A DNA stretch of 64,000 bases, from the NCBI GenBank assembly GCA_028534125.1, contig CM052816.1:97218001-97282000 (forward strand). Reading direction: 5' to 3'. The position numbers and the translations under genes are program-made. A model generated the notes under the pieces. It saw only the letters and a program-made list of their open reading frames with translations. It was not told the DNA's origin and ran no database searches. This DNA comes from Lama glama (lineage: Eukaryota). This document shows, piece after piece, positions 1-13,427 of the stretch; position 1 is the stretch's first letter; each line of letters begins with the position of its first letter.

Positions 1-360
1 AAAGGTTATTACAAGACATTGAATATAGTTCCCAGTGCTATACAGAAGAAATTTGTTTTTTTAAATCTATTTTTATATATAGTGGCTAACATTTGCAAAT
101 CTCAAACTCCCAAATTTATCCCTTCCCACCTCCTTTCCCCTGTAACCATGAGATTGTTTACTATGTCTGTGAGTTTCTGTTTTGTAGATGAGTTCATTAG
201 TGTCCTTTTTTCTTTTAGATTCCACATATGAATGATATCATATGGTATTTTTCTTTCTCTTTCTGGCTTACTTCACTTAGAACGATGATCTCCAGGTCCA
301 TCCACGTTGCTGCAAATGGCATTATCTTATTCCTTTTTATGGCTGAGTAGTATTCCACCG
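1..360 (-). mobile_element. LINE-1 3' fragment (ORF2 C-terminus and 3' UTR)
   Basis: EYYSAIKRNKIMPFAATWMDLEIIVLSEVSQKEKEKYHMISFICGI. Confidence 0.95.
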
Positions 361-795
361 TGGTTTGATGTCTCCTGATGTAGAGAGTTCTCTCAGAAAT
401 TACACTTGAAGGCACCGCAGACACATTAGAACTGTCACTGACAACTGAAGTAGTGACAATAAAGGGTATATTTTATTTCCATAATCTGTCTCATGTGTTT
501 CTCAACATGCTGGGCTTTACAATAAACACCACATTATAGATCTTCTTAAAAACTCAAGTTCTCATCAAGCGCTAGGCTGAGGCAGAGAGGGCAGGAGTTT
601 CAAGCATGTGCTTGGATGTTCTCAAGTCTGGAAGCAAATCCTGGCTCCCCCACTTCCTTGTGTTTTGATGATACTGTCTTATGCAGGGATCTGGATTTAA
701 ATCCACATCCTGGATTTAAATGGCTGCTTGTCCAAGAGGTGGCCATCTTGTCACATGATGAGGACGATGGCAGGGCAGCAAGACCACTGCACAAA

Positions 796-940
796 CCAGA
801 ATTTGGAAATTCAAGTCTGAACTGGCCACTTCTTTGGATGAGACTCCAGGCCAGCCTCTCATCTCCCTGAGCCTCATTTTCCTCTCCCTAACACACAGGA
901 GTTGGATCAAACAATCCCAAATCCTTCTCACTGTAGAAGC
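796..940 (+). mobile_element. MIR SINE
   Basis: Core-like ctccctgagcctcattttcctctccctaa. Confidence 0.6.
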
Positions 941-1884
941 TGGTGAAGCAATGGTTCTATAACACTTATTTTTAGATAAAGGAAAAAAAAAGTCAACTTG
1001 AGTTTAGCTGCAAACAAAGGTATCTCATATCCCCACTCCAGAGCTGATCCTCCAGCCGTCAGAATTCAGAACACATGTTGCTTGATTTATGGTGGCAACT
1101 GGTAATTTGTGTGAGAAAGACTTAATTTAGAAGAACGCAAATGTCATTATTTTCCATAACTGAGTGAGAGTTACAATTAGTTTGATTCATATGCTGTCAC
1201 GGACGTCTCCGCCACATGCACCAAGGACAATACAAAGTTTTTCAGGCAGCTCTTTGATAGAGAGAGCTATTTCTCAGTTGTGTAATTAATACTAAACATA
1301 AATCCTCCTCCATTTCCTTTCTGAATACCCCATGCCACTGGAGCATGCTCCACTGGAGCGGATCATGAAGGAGGAAAAATCACTGAATAGGCTCACATGT
1401 AGTGAGTTCTGCTCAGAAGAGCCTGCCTTTGGGAAACTGTCAGAATAAGTACACAGAGCGCCACATGCCAAATTGCCACCACCAACAACAAATGCCTCCA
1501 CTTTCCCTCCCATTTTCACCTGTATCTTAACGTGTAGCACATTTTAAATATTATTCTATCAAAAACCAGATGAATCAAAACGTTTTCCGGTATTTGATTT
1601 GGAAATCAAAGAGATAGAAGACTGGGTTTAAAGTAAGACTGGGGATGCTGTTGATCACTGTTAACAATTATTATTATAATTGAGAATCAAAGCATTAATA
1701 ATGATTTCATTTCTAGTTGCAAAATTCTACCCTTGCTTCTCAACTGTCTGACTTAAAAGTGAAATAATTAAAATCACATAGGGATTGATTTCATTGGAGA
1801 GAAATAAAGAACGACCCACAGGTCAAATCTTAGAGAAGTTATTACATGGGATGTGGGATAGTGGACATGGAATAAATGCTGTTC

Positions 1885-1985
1885 ATTTTATTTTTTTTCA
1901 CTTGAAGTATATTTGATTCACAATGTTGTGTTAGTTTCTGGTGTACAGCATAGTGAGTCAGTTATACATACATATATGTTCTTTG
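1885..1985 (-). mobile_element. L1 3' end
   Basis: poly-T followed by acaatgttgtgttagtttctggtgtacagcatagtga. Confidence 0.85.
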
Positions 1986-3268
1986 ATGCTGCTCATTTTA
2001 GAACGTGTATGTGTATATATATATTTCACATACTATTGAGAAATACACTCTTGGTATGTAAAGCAGGTTTGCATTTTCTATTACATAGTTAAATAACTAT
2101 ATGATAGCATAGGTCTTCAATAAAGCCTTTCCATCTGTGCACATTTTGTCCCAGAAATAAATATAACAATTATTCTTTAAAAATATTATCAAACATTTTA
2201 CATATAATATGCACTCAGTAAATGCTGAAAGAATGAATACTGTTTTGAGATACTATCTTAGTCCCATCTACCTGGGTTACAGCAGCCTCTTAAATTGAAT
2301 AAACGTAGAACAAATTAGGAAGAAGCAGAGTGCACAGGGAGGGGGGAACAGAGGACCACTATCCTTGACAACCGGCAGACCTTCCATCCATCACTTAGAT
2401 GCCTGCATCCCTGGGATGGAAGCCAACAGCTGGCCAGTGCTATGTGACCTTCCTTTATTACATGTCTTGTAGTTTACAGAGTCTTCCTCTAGGTTACACG
2501 CCCAGTGTTTTTCATATACAAGGCTCTGAATTAGAAGAAATACATTAAAAACTAGACATTCAGTAAGTGAACAGACAATACTAGTAACAACTCATCTGTC
2601 TTGAGCGGCTACTCCATGCTGGGCACTGTGCGGGAACTGTTCACGCTGACAGGAAGCCCTTGAGTTGGGGACGTTACTGTGGAAGACGCCTGGCGCTCAC
2701 ACCGCCTGGAGGTGGCAGTGCTTCCATACTGCTCGGCCTTCACTCACCAGCACCACTTACTCCTTTGCTCTTCCTGTGTTTATTCCCTCTAATTCCTTCC
2801 CATCGCCTCCCTTTAGGAAGTACCACTAGTTTAGGTGATTCTCACCAAAATTGTGTCACACTATTTCCTACCCCCAGGCCTAGGACGGCCACTTTGCCTC
2901 CTAATCCAGGGTGCAGTTTGATTCAGATACATTTCAACATCTGTTTTGGGAAATTAGTGGAGCCCTGATAGATTCTGGGCTACTCCAAAATCAGTAAAGA
3001 CTGAACAAGTCACTGATAAACTTCACCTCTCTCATCACAGCTCACATCTTTGGGTCGGAATTTCAGAGCCCTTGGCTTCTTCCAGTGCCAAGCGGATCTC
3101 AGACAACAAGAAAGACTCCCGTGAAATCCCCACTGACGTCACAATGTCATAGTCTTTTCTTTCTATAATTAAAAGTACCTTTGTTGGATCCTTATGTCCA
3201 AATGTGTGCTTCTGGTGTTTAATTTATCCATGGTATTCTAATTTCTAGTGACCTCTCACACAGAGACC

Positions 3269-3330
3269 TGTCTTAGTCAAAGTGCACCTGAGAAAACAGA
3301 ACCCAGAGAATGTGCGTATTTCTATCCACA

Positions 3331-3381
<51 letters not shown>

Positions 3382-3721
3382 GTGTCTATCCATCTACCTA
3401 TCTTTATTTTAAAGGACTGGATCACATGATTGTAGGGGGCAGGCAAGCAGACTGGAATTGATGTTCTTCAGACATGACTCTGAAAACAACCTGCTGACAA
3501 AAGTCCCTCTTTCTCAGGGAACCTGTCTTTTCTCTTAGGACCTTCAATTGAGCGCATGAAACTCACCCGCATTATGGAAGGCAATCTACTTTACTCAAAG
3601 TCTACTAATTTAGATGTTAATCTCATCTAAAAGAAATGCCTTTACAGCAACCTGGAATGGTGTTTGACCAAACGTCTGAGTCCCATGGCCTAGTCAAGCT
3701 TACACAGAAAGTTCTATCACA
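3269..3721 (-). mobile_element. MLT2-type ERVL solo LTR
   Basis: ctactttactcaaagtctactaatttagatgttaatctcatctaaaa; TG...CA ends. Confidence 0.85.
3332..3380. repeat. (TCTA)n microsatellite
   Basis: About 12 tandem TATC units. Confidence 0.95.
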
Positions 3722-5299
3722 CTGTGGTTTCAGTCAGTTTAAATAATGAAATACACATCTGATAGAAAAAGTATTTAATCTCATCCTCGTGAAATTTTCA
3801 CTAGAGCTGTTCGTATAGAAATCTAGGGAGAGTATACATTTAATCTTTTCTGTCTTTTTTCTCCAGAGAAGTAGCAAAGTCGTCGAGAAATGGCACAGAT
3901 GGGCAGCCACACGCAAAGAGGGACGCATCAGCACAGAGAACTCAAACCAGTCACCAGGGAGACACCCTGTGTCCTGGTATCATCTGTAGCTGACTTGTCT
4001 CACATCCACCTGGTCAACACTTAGAACATCTTCTTTCCAATGAAGGCAGGAGGTTAAGTAAGCAGTGGTTTCACTTTTAATGTCCTTTACAGCTATGAAA
4101 TACTTTCATTTTAATTAGTTTGGTGACTTACAGGCAATACAAATTTAGTTAACTTTAGAGAAAGTAATAATACACAAAATTAGTCTACATCTAAGATGGT
4201 GACTTCATTGCTCTGCCCACACCAGCACAGCATGTGTCCATTCCAACCAAGGGAATGTCTTCTCCCCTCCCAGAGAAGACTGCGGCGTGTCATTTTCTTA
4301 TTTTAGAAGAGAATATTACGATGTTAAAAGTATTAAGAAAAGTTAATAGAAAAAGTTAAAAGAAAAATCACATAGTGAATATTGAGAAATAGTTACTCAA
4401 AAAAGGAATCTTTTGGAATTGGGAGGCAGATGGACAATTATTAAGAATATGGGTTCTTCTGCTCTGAGGTTGCGTTAGGACTTACACATCCCGATTGTCT
4501 GACAGCGGATCACACAGTTCTGGCCAAAACACCTTCTACGTGTGGGAGCCTGAAGGTGGGACGGGGAAGGGAGAGGGCTGACCCTTTCCTTCCAGCCACA
4601 TGAAGCGTCCCTGCCCGTGCACCGTCCTGTGCTTACACTTACAGTTCCCCTCGTTCGGAAAACACAAACGCCTGGAAGTAGGAAAAGGAAGCTCCTCCCC
4701 TTTTTGACAATTTATGGACTGTCTACTTGCCCATCGTGCGCTGAACAGCTCTGCTACTCGTCCTAGCATCAGCCTCTACTTCCTTCTTCCGCACACCTCT
4801 TCACAGATACCTGATTATCCCATCAAGCGCCAGGACGGTGCTGGGACGCCGAGGACACGAACCCAGCCCTCAGGAGATCTTCGCCTCCCCAGAGGGCCCC
4901 CAGCGTGAAAGAGGGTCCAGCAACGGACTCCGCTGGCTGTTTCAGCAGAATTATGTTTCAAGGTACAGATGAGACAAGAGGGAAGACGAGTCTGGGAAAG
5001 GAATCAGCAAGCAGGACCTGCAGCGGGAGAGGCTGGGGCAGGAGGCCAGGAGGGTCCAGGGGAGCCCCAGCTCTTGGCTCCGTGATGGGGGGTGGGGTGG
5101 GGCAAAGGGCAAGGCATTTAGGTCCAGACAAGTGGGGCAAAAATCCCCATCCAGACATGATACTCTGCTGTGTGATCCTGGACTTCACATACTGTCATCG
5201 ACAGTTCCACCCACCCTGCATGTTTTCACTGAAGTTCCTAATAAAAACATGAAACGTTTCTGGCGTGATGTGGGAACTAAGTAAGTGCTCGTTCCCCAC

Positions 5300-5384
5300 C
5301 TCCCAGGCAGAGGAGAGAAAGACATCTTTAATGTGTGGGCAGAACATGGGCACACAGGGAGGTGGTTCCTCTCCCTCCTGGAAC
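5300..5384 (-). pseudogene. Candidate pseudo-exon
   Basis: gtattactttttccag|GTTCCA...GGGAG|gtgggg. Confidence 0.3.
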
Positions 5385-6804
5385 CTGGAAAAAGTAATAC
5401 AAAATTTTTCCCTAAGAATTATATCAAAAACCAAACATAAAATAGACCCAGAACGTCTTAAAGAGCAGTACGCTGCAGAAAGGTGTGCCAGGACCCAGCA
5501 GAGAGCCACAGAAACGGGCAGCAATGATGCACAAGGAAAACGGAGTCGGAGAGGCAGGTGGCGATGGTCTCAGTGAGCCGTCCAGGGAGAGGCCAGGTAG
5601 GCTCAGGATCACAGTGTCCAGAGCGTGTCCAAGTGTGACCGACATGGGCCTCTACAGAGGAAGAGGAGGCACTGGGAGCATGGGTGACCCAGCCATGACA
5701 ATCCTTCTCGGCCCCCTCAGTCTGATTCCCGGCCCTGGGGCATCACTGCAAATATAACCGAACTTCCAACTCACGGAGCATGAACTGATCTGCAAACGTG
5801 AGCATCCTGTTTAGGCAACAGCAGGATCTCTCAGGGTAAATACATCAATGGTCTGTCTCTCCCTTATGATGCTCTTGCATGTGAATCTGCTCCCAAGAGT
5901 GGAACACACGCTTGGGGTGTCGATAAATTGGGGTGCTGAGTCTCCATAGTGAAATGCCAACCTCGGCTGGGGAAAGGGTTCGATCACCAGGTGGGAAGCT
6001 CGGTGGGTGGACTTCAGATGGGCACCTAGGACAGGGAGGGGACACCCGTGACCACACAGGACCTTTCAATGCAGCAAAAGAGGGGGGAGGGCAGACGGCG
6101 GGGTGGGACGCTGGAGCATGAATGTCTCATTTCGATGGCCTAAAAAGAGCGCCTTTCCTATCGTCCCTCTTTGAACGTGGAAGTCTTATTGGAGAGCAGA
6201 AACAGTTTTTTGCAACTGAAGTCCAATTTTTAAAATGAGTTTTCAATTCAGCAGTGAGACAAAAAAAAAAAAAAACCCTCACATGTTTTTCAGATGGAAC
6301 AATTCGTGGCTGTGTTCCTTAGGCTATTTTGCCCCATCTTTTGCCATTAAATGTTTTTTATTAGACGCTTTATGGAGAGATTCTTTTGAAATGTTCATAT
6401 AACCTCCATTTGGATGGTTTCTATAAACAGAAACTGCCCGCGTTACTTTAAAAAAAAACGTTTCTACTTGACAAGGCTTCGGCACATGAAAGCCTGGAAG
6501 CTTCCAGCTTGCACCCAACAGTGCCAGGCCTGGCTACCCGAGGCCCTAGAGAGCCAGAGGCCACTCCGAAGAGTCATCCTTTGGAAACCCCCTTCCAGCC
6601 CAAGTCGCTGAGTTCCTTCAGACGTCTCCCCGACCCCTGCAATTCCCAGCTCGAGGGAAGAACTCCTAGACAGCACAGAGCATCTCTCTCCTTCCAAGGG
6701 AGCTCTGGGGTGTGCAAAACTCCACGTCGGGCGTCCTTGGGGCCCTTGTGCCCGAATCCTCAGAGCATCTGGTGTCCTCTCCCCGGCCCCGGTAGTGCCC
6801 TGAC

Positions 6805-6925
6805 CTACGGAGGGCTCCCAGTGCTCTTCCAGAAGAGCCAGTTTCCAAGGATCAGGAGCATCAAGGCGTCCAGACGTCAATGTGCCCGGCTCCAGCTTTT
6901 CTTAAGGATCCCGGAGCTACACCCT
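6805..6925 (-). pseudogene. Pseudo-exon, RGS C-terminal half
   Basis: EKLEPGTLTSGRLDAPDPWKLALLEEHWEPSV; donor GTAG|gtcagg; acceptor degraded. Confidence 0.5.
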
Positions 6926-7557
6926 TCATTTGTTCCCCCAGTACGGGGTGCCACCGGCCCACCAAAGCAGGAGCCACTGTGTCTTCAGTCTCTCAGTGAA
7001 AAGCCACAGTTCTGAGCCCTGGAGTTCGGGGCACCAGGCTAGAGGCTCCAGAAGTGAGGTGTTATAACCTCAGGGTATCCAACACAGGGGCTGCTGGACA
7101 CAGGCCAGCTCCCACATCAGGGTGTGTCGTGGCAGTGCCGGGGGCCCGGGGAAGCACTTTCCCAGCTAACTGTTTTCCACCAGCGGCGAGGCCTGGGCAC
7201 TGAGATGCTGCTGGTACAGGATTTATTTATTTTTTCTTTTCTTTTTTTTGGTGGCTAGATAGGTATCAGTCCAGAAGCTAGGTACGTAACTGTCCACTGT
7301 AGTCATTTACTACATGCCTACTGGCATTGGTACTAATACCTCTGCTAGCGATGTAACAAACAAGGGATTGGCCGACCACCATCCTCAGACACCCTGCCTC
7401 CCCTGGATTACTGGTTAGGCCTCTAACGTCTGCTTAACCCAGCTTAATATATTAATACGCTAAAGACTGTTCGATTATCTTTTGCTCAAACTGAACGGGG
7501 AAACGTGCTGAGATGTTGCCCTGAACGTCACTGCAGACCCAAAGAAGTGAGGTTCAC

Positions 7558-7871
7558 GGGGGGACGAGGGCCTCAGACTGCTCTTCAAGCAGAGGAAGGT
7601 TTGGGCAAACTCTCCTGATGTCCTGTCTTTCTGCCTCTCGGAGCATGTTTCCGGCCACAGCACGACCCAGAACTTCTCTGTGCTCTCGTTGTCTTCTGAG
7701 AAGCCCTTAAGCAAAGATCTCTCCCTGGAGGCTCTTTGCTCAGAAGTGAGGACCAGGAAGCAGCGCCTGTCAGGGCGATTTGTGGTGGGGGCTGGGGAAG
7801 AAACTCCAACCCGCATGGCTTATGGCTTTTCGGGAGAAGGGAAGAACATTTTGGGTGAAGCTCTTCTAGAC
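7558..7871 (-). pseudogene. Pseudo-exon, RGS N-terminal half
   Basis: acattttgttttag|GTCTAG; SLLKGFSEDNESTEKFWVV...AQTFLCLKSSLRPSSP in one frame, with one upstream stop. Confidence 0.6.
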
Positions 7872-8379
7872 CTAAAACAAAATGTGTTCCAAATCACGGG
7901 AGATACTAGTTGAAACAACCATGGTCCCAGCACTGCAAGTCAGAAACGGAACAGAAAGCACGGCAGCCGCGCTGCAGGGCCGCCAGCCGGCCACTGGGTG
8001 CCAAGGGGCGCACGGGTGTCTGTCCACTGGCGGGGGTGGGGGCTGGGAAGGGAGAGGCCTGGCTTCTCGGAGGCTGGCAGCAGCAGTTATGGGCACTTGC
8101 AACAGCTGGACGAAGGAGTCTCAGCTGTGTTTCCGCCTCTGCCCTTGAAATCGGAGAAACATGTTTGCCTCTTGCTCCCAGAATCCTGATTGAGGCTAAT
8201 TTGTGCACACTCACTTGATTGGGAACGTATATGCAAACGTAAGCAGTCCCATTATCCTTCTGACCCCAGCATTCTCTCCATAAAATCTGCAGTCTTTGTT
8301 TTTTCCCTTCTGTGCCCGTGTGTGCTGGACCAGCCACTTCTATATTACCACTTGACTGACGGTTAGTCACAAAAGGGAC

Positions 8380-9176
8380 GAATGCACGGCGCCCTCAGAC
8401 GTCCTCCTCTAGTCCCAGACACTGTGAACAGGCGGCCTTACAAGGCAAGAGGGACTTTGCAGTTGTGATCAAGATAGGACTTAGGATGTTTTGGATTATT
8501 CTCGATTATTTGGTTGGACCCAACATAATCCCAGGGACTTCTCTAAGAGGGAGTCAGAAGGTCACAGACGGAGAAAAGGTGATGGTCTGATGGCGGCAGA
8601 GGCAGAGACAGGAGGGAGGGACATACAGCTTTGAAGACAGAGGACGAGCCACGAGCCAAGGTTTGCAGGCTGAGATGCAGCCATTCCCGCCCAGGGCGCC
8701 ACGTCCGCAAACTGAAGCTTGGATAACTTTTGTGTCCCTGTAGACGCTCTGCTGGACCCAAACCACAGTGCAGCCCATCGGCCAATCCCCAAATGCCACG
8801 CCACCTCCCTTGTTCCTTCTCACCCCAAAGCTGAGCCCGTGGCCCCAGCCAATCAGACATTTTCTATTTTTCTCTTCCTCATTCTTTATTTTTTATCCTA
8901 CGACAACTTTCTGCCTTCTGCTCCACCGTGCAGTGCTCTGAATGGAGACTGCTTCACGAAGGGTTAAGTTTGTCTGGATTACCTCCAATTCTTTTATTGC
9001 ATTTTAACACCAGGAAAGGCAAGGAAACAAGTTCTCCCTTAGAGCTTCCAGAAGGAGCAAGGCCTGCAACCCACTTTAGACTTCTGGTCTTCACAACGGG
9101 AAGAGAATACACCTGTGCTGCACTGAGCCACGATCTGCGGTGCTTTGTCACAGCAGCACTAGGAAGAAGTCCTACA
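8380..9176 (+). mobile_element. MLT1 (MaLR) LTR split by an insertion
   Basis: aaggcaagagggactttgcag...gagccaagg on the left; ggaaaggcaaggaaacaagttctcccttagagcttccagaagg on the right. Confidence 0.8.
8671..9009 (+). mobile_element. Putative ERV solo LTR nested in MLT1
   Basis: TGAGA...TTTTAACA termini; two CCAAT boxes; interrupts collinear MLT1 halves. Confidence 0.55.
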
Positions 9177-9941
9177 CACGGATCAGGACGTTACTACGCT
9201 GCTGGTGGGTCCGGGACTTCCCGGGAAGGGGAGCGATGGGCGCAGATGTGAAGTTGGCCCTGAGGTGGGTCTGGATGGTGGCGAGGCCAGGGGGCAGAGG
9301 CGGGGTGCAGCTTGCGATGCGGCTGCAAGTGCGCAGTGGGACCTCCAGCCTGCCATGCTCTGTCATGGGCTCCATCGCTGAGACGTGGACCTCAGGACTG
9401 GGTGAGCTTCCGAGGGGCATTCTTAGCTTGACATCTTCCCGTCACGTTGCCTCTACTCATACTTATTTAATATAATTAATGAATAAAATTTACCAAAATA
9501 GATAAAGGCGGACGTACTGCGCTCCCTGCGATGAGGGTCCTCTGGTGCTCTCTAGGCTGGGTTGGGAAGAGGGCTTTCTCTAGAACAGGGATTCACGGAG
9601 CGTGCAAAGCAAACATCTGGACTTCCATTTACATGTATCTTTTTAAGTTAAAAGTGAGAAAGCTATCCAGCTATTTAGTTCCTTGACTAACAGTGGCATC
9701 CTCTCTAGGTGACTGCCAAGACACACGGGTGTCACTTTAACAGAGGGGACACCAGTAGGAAGGCCGGACTTCCGTGAGGAGCACCAGAGCTGGCGCCCTC
9801 TCTGGTGTGTTGGCGTACTGCGACATGTGGTGATCCACCTGTTCCAGAATGTTCTGTGTGGTTAATTCTTGAGACAGTAAAATCTGTACAAAACTTCCTG
9901 ATATGACGGGTTCTCACACCACACAGTACTTTCCTGGTTAC

Positions 9942-10072
9942 CTTCAGCATAGTCATTAAACTGAAATAGGTGTTATGTGTCTTCTGTGTGTCTTTTTTTG
10001 TTTTGGCCAAGATTATAGCAATCAAATTGTTGACCTTTCTTGTCATGACAAAACCTGGTAGCATCATACTAC
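9942..10072 (-). pseudogene. Pseudo-exon
   Basis: atacttcatag|GTAGTA...CTGAAG|gtaacc, 131 nt. Confidence 0.4.
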
Positions 10073-10399
10073 CTATGAAGTATTTTTAAACACATACACA
10101 CAATTAATCTTTCCTAAGATTGTCATTTTAACCATGAGGGAGAAACGAGTTTTTTCTATAAGAACACGTGTTGAGGAGAAGCCATCTGAAAAGCAGGCGC
10201 TTAGAAATACTTTTCTTTTTGTGATTCTCTTGCCAAAAACACTATAAAAGCTCTCGTATTTCTACATTTATATTCCTTAGAAATAGGATTTTTAAATTCA
10301 GTTAAAAATCTCCCAAATGGAGATGCAGCACATCTTGAACCAATTTGCTGAAAAATAAAAATGCAAGACCTTCTGGTTTATTTGCAAGAACTGACTGAC

Positions 10400-10467
10400 A
10401 TCAGGAAAACACACGGAGAGTTTGCCACTGAACTTCATCAAAAACCTCTGCATAAATGTGCACAGGA
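10400..10467 (-). pseudogene. Pseudo-exon, RGS 'FDE.Q' motif
   Basis: ctcatttttgcag|TCCTGT; PVHIYAEVFDEVQWQTLRVF (cf. LFDEAQ..+L.LM); donor GAT|gtcagt. Confidence 0.6.
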
Positions 10468-10599
10468 CTGCAAAAATGAGTACCATGATGGAAAGACCCC
10501 GTCCTCAAAGTCTCTCCTCAGATCATTGGATCATTAAACCAAGTGTCAGAATTAACTGAACTTAAGGACAGAACTTGAAGACATTCTATTGCAAAGTGT

Positions 10600-10753
10600 T
10601 AATGTTCACAGCAGCACTATTTACAATAGCCAAGACATGGAAACAGCCTGAATGTCCACGGACAGATGACTGGATAAAGAAGAGGTGGTATATTTATACA
10701 ATGGAATACTATTCAGCCATAAAAACCGACAACATAATGCCATTTGCAGCAAC
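10600..10753 (+). mobile_element. L1 ORF2 fragment
   Basis: MFTAALFTIAKTWKQPECPRTDDWIKKRWYIYTMEYYSAIK. Confidence 0.95.
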
Positions 10754-11242
10754 CAAACAATTCTTAAGCAATGAAATGTGTTTCATCATAATGCTCTAAT
10801 CAAAAATATTAAATATTAAAAATACTAAATAAAAGGTTCTGACATATTTTTGAATTATTAAAAAGTAAATAAGATTATTTTCATTGTTGTTTACCTTTAA
10901 TGCTAACCTGCTTTATAATGTTCATAGACTATTAGCATATAGTTTATGAATAAACAAATACACTTACCAAGGTTCATGGTTAATACTTTTTAACCCTAAG
11001 TCTGAACCATAAAAAACAGTTTCATGCCCTCTGCCTTAGAGCTGTACCTCCCCGCCCAAACCACTCTTCATTGGCTCCAGAGTAGCAGAAATAAAGAAAT
11101 ACTTGAGTAAAGACATCCACACAGTGCCAATTTAATGAGAGCCTATGGTGCCTGGTGCTGGGAGAATGAATTCTGCTTCTAAGAGCACGTGGAAGAATGC
11201 TGCCTGCTTTGCCCTCACTGCTGCTCTCTCTTGTTTCTGTGC

Positions 11243-11680
11243 TGTGATGGTTAACTTCATGGGTCAATTTGGCAAGACTCTGGCGACCAGCTGTTTGGCC
11301 AAACAAATCTAGATGTCTCTATAAAGTGTTGTGCTCCTTTTTTTTCAGACATTGTCAACATTAACAATCAGTTGATTTTAAGTAAAGTTGATCACCCTCC
11401 ATGATGTGGGTGGGCCCCATCCAATCAGTGGAAGGCTTAAGAACAAAGATAGGTTTGCCAAAGGGATTCCGCCTCCAAAGTGCAGCACAGAAACCCTGCC
11501 TGAGCTTCCAGCCATTGGATTCAAGACAGAAACACCAACACTTACCTGAACCTGCAGCCTGCTGGCCCACGCTACAGATTTCGGGCTTGCCAACCCCCAC
11601 AAGCGCATGAGGTGATTTCTCGAAACCAACTCCTCTGCGTGTGTCCTGTCGGTTGTGTTTCTCTGGAGAGCCCTGACCAG
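11243..11680 (+). mobile_element. MLT2 ERVL solo LTR
   Basis: tgtgatggttaacttcatgggtcaatttggc...gtttctctggagagccctgac. Confidence 0.85.
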
Positions 11681-13427
11681 GCCACGTGGAAGGGAGCCAG
11701 GCTAAAGGCCACCAGCTTGTCCTGGCTGGGCTCTCACTCCTCCCAGAGGAAAATCCAAGGACAGCCCCTCTCCGCCTTTCCTTTCCGGCAACACACAGGT
11801 TGCCGTACTTGCTCCTAGACGCCTTGCATTCTCCTGGGCTACGTCTCCAGCAGGGGCTTCTGCAGCTGTTCAGCTCCACCTGGGGCTGAGGCTAAGTGAC
11901 GAGGCTGCTTGGGACCAGATCCAAGCCAAGCTCTCCAGGAGAGCCCTGTCAGTAGCAGAAGGGGAGTCCTCATCTCCGGCTGTTTGACTTCTTTTACACC
12001 ACAGTGCATCCTGATCTCAGGCAGGGCCCTAAGGGCGTGGGCACCTCATAGCCCAGGGAGCACGGGGGCCACTGGGCTCGGCTGGCAAGCAGACGGTGGT
12101 TATAAGGTGCTGATGCCAGCGGGAGCTTCTGCGGGCAGCACTGCGGATGCAGGGTACAGGCTGCCAGCTCTGCAGGGCTCCCGACTGCTGCTGCCCTTGC
12201 GGTGGCTTCTCTGGGCTCAGCTGAGGCTGACGGTGTCAGCCAGGCTGATGGGGAGTCGGAGAGGTGGAGGGAAGGAGAAGGAGACGACAGGCACAGAGGG
12301 GAGACGGGGCTCCGTGCGTCTGGGGGCTGCAGGTCGGTGGGCTCCAAAGGCAGAAGTGGTGTCTTAATGGCTCAGGTTTACCTTCTGCGGAGGATCTTAC
12401 TCCACCCCATCCTCCCTGTAACCGGCTACAGCTCCCTTAGCCTCAGTTAGAAAGCCTAGATTTGGGAGCAAAAGCAAAGAATTATAGTCAAGACAAGAGC
12501 CGTGGAAGTTAAGTGTCCACGCTTATAGGCGTAGTTCCACATTTGAGTACCGTATTTTCTCAGCCCGGGCCGAGCCTCCCATCATAGCCAATTAATTTGG
12601 CACGCTAGTCAGGAAAGCTGGTAGTCTGGGAGTGAAGGCTCTCCCCGAGCCCCCGGACTGCTCTGTGTGGCTGGGCCGGGGCTCTGAACATAAAGGCGAC
12701 TTTCTCGAGTGCTCCTAGAAAGTCCCACTTCCGTGTAAATTGATTAGAGAAGGAAACGGTTTCCTGTAAGTGGCGTCACTCTGGGAGAGAGGGCTCATGC
12801 ACAGGCGTTATTTACCCTTCGTAACTCAGCGTCCTGGTCCCACCAGTGTCCTGTTACAAGCCGCGGACATTTGAGGAGTAACTGGTAAGTATAATGCCTG
12901 GAAACCACAGAGCTATGGATTTCAACACAACTGCTGGAAGTTTTCAGCATGTTCACAGAGAAACAACAATGATTTTGGTATCAACTGTATCAGACTGTTT
13001 TCATTTTCCAGTTTCATTTCCATCCCAAAGCCGGGGGCCAGCAATGCCATAGCCTACACAGGTCAGTAATCTGGGTATTAGAAAGCTCTTGAATAGAACA
13101 CACACAGGCACACACACACTCTCACACACAAAGAAGACACTTGGTGTATGCCAAATCTCATCTTAAATTACACTGCATTGAAGCAAGCTAAATAATTACA
13201 TATTATTTAACTGGAACTGAATTGTAGAGCGGGAACAGCTGCAGAATAAGGAGAACTGCACCTACACTGAGAAGCCAGCCCTCGCAGAGTTTAGGACGAT
13301 GACATTTGTTTCTTTCATCTCAGAATCGGAGCGATGAGACTGTGGAAATACCCAGTTTTCAAAAGACTCTTTGCATGAAATAAATACAACTTAGTGCTTT
13401 AAACTGAAGCACCAAGAAAATGCAGAA

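Noticed and set aside
1292..4010. Further possible minus-strand exons (about 1300-1520, 3000-3110, 3840-4008)
   Set aside because: Weak splice sites and no recognisable motif; cannot be supported without an alignment.
6509..7015. 168-aa plus-strand ORF
   Set aside because: Pro/Ser/Arg-rich chance ORF antisense to a pseudo-exon.
11361..12367. 172-aa and 152-aa ORFs
   Set aside because: Overlap an MLT2 LTR and GC-rich DNA; no recognisable protein features.
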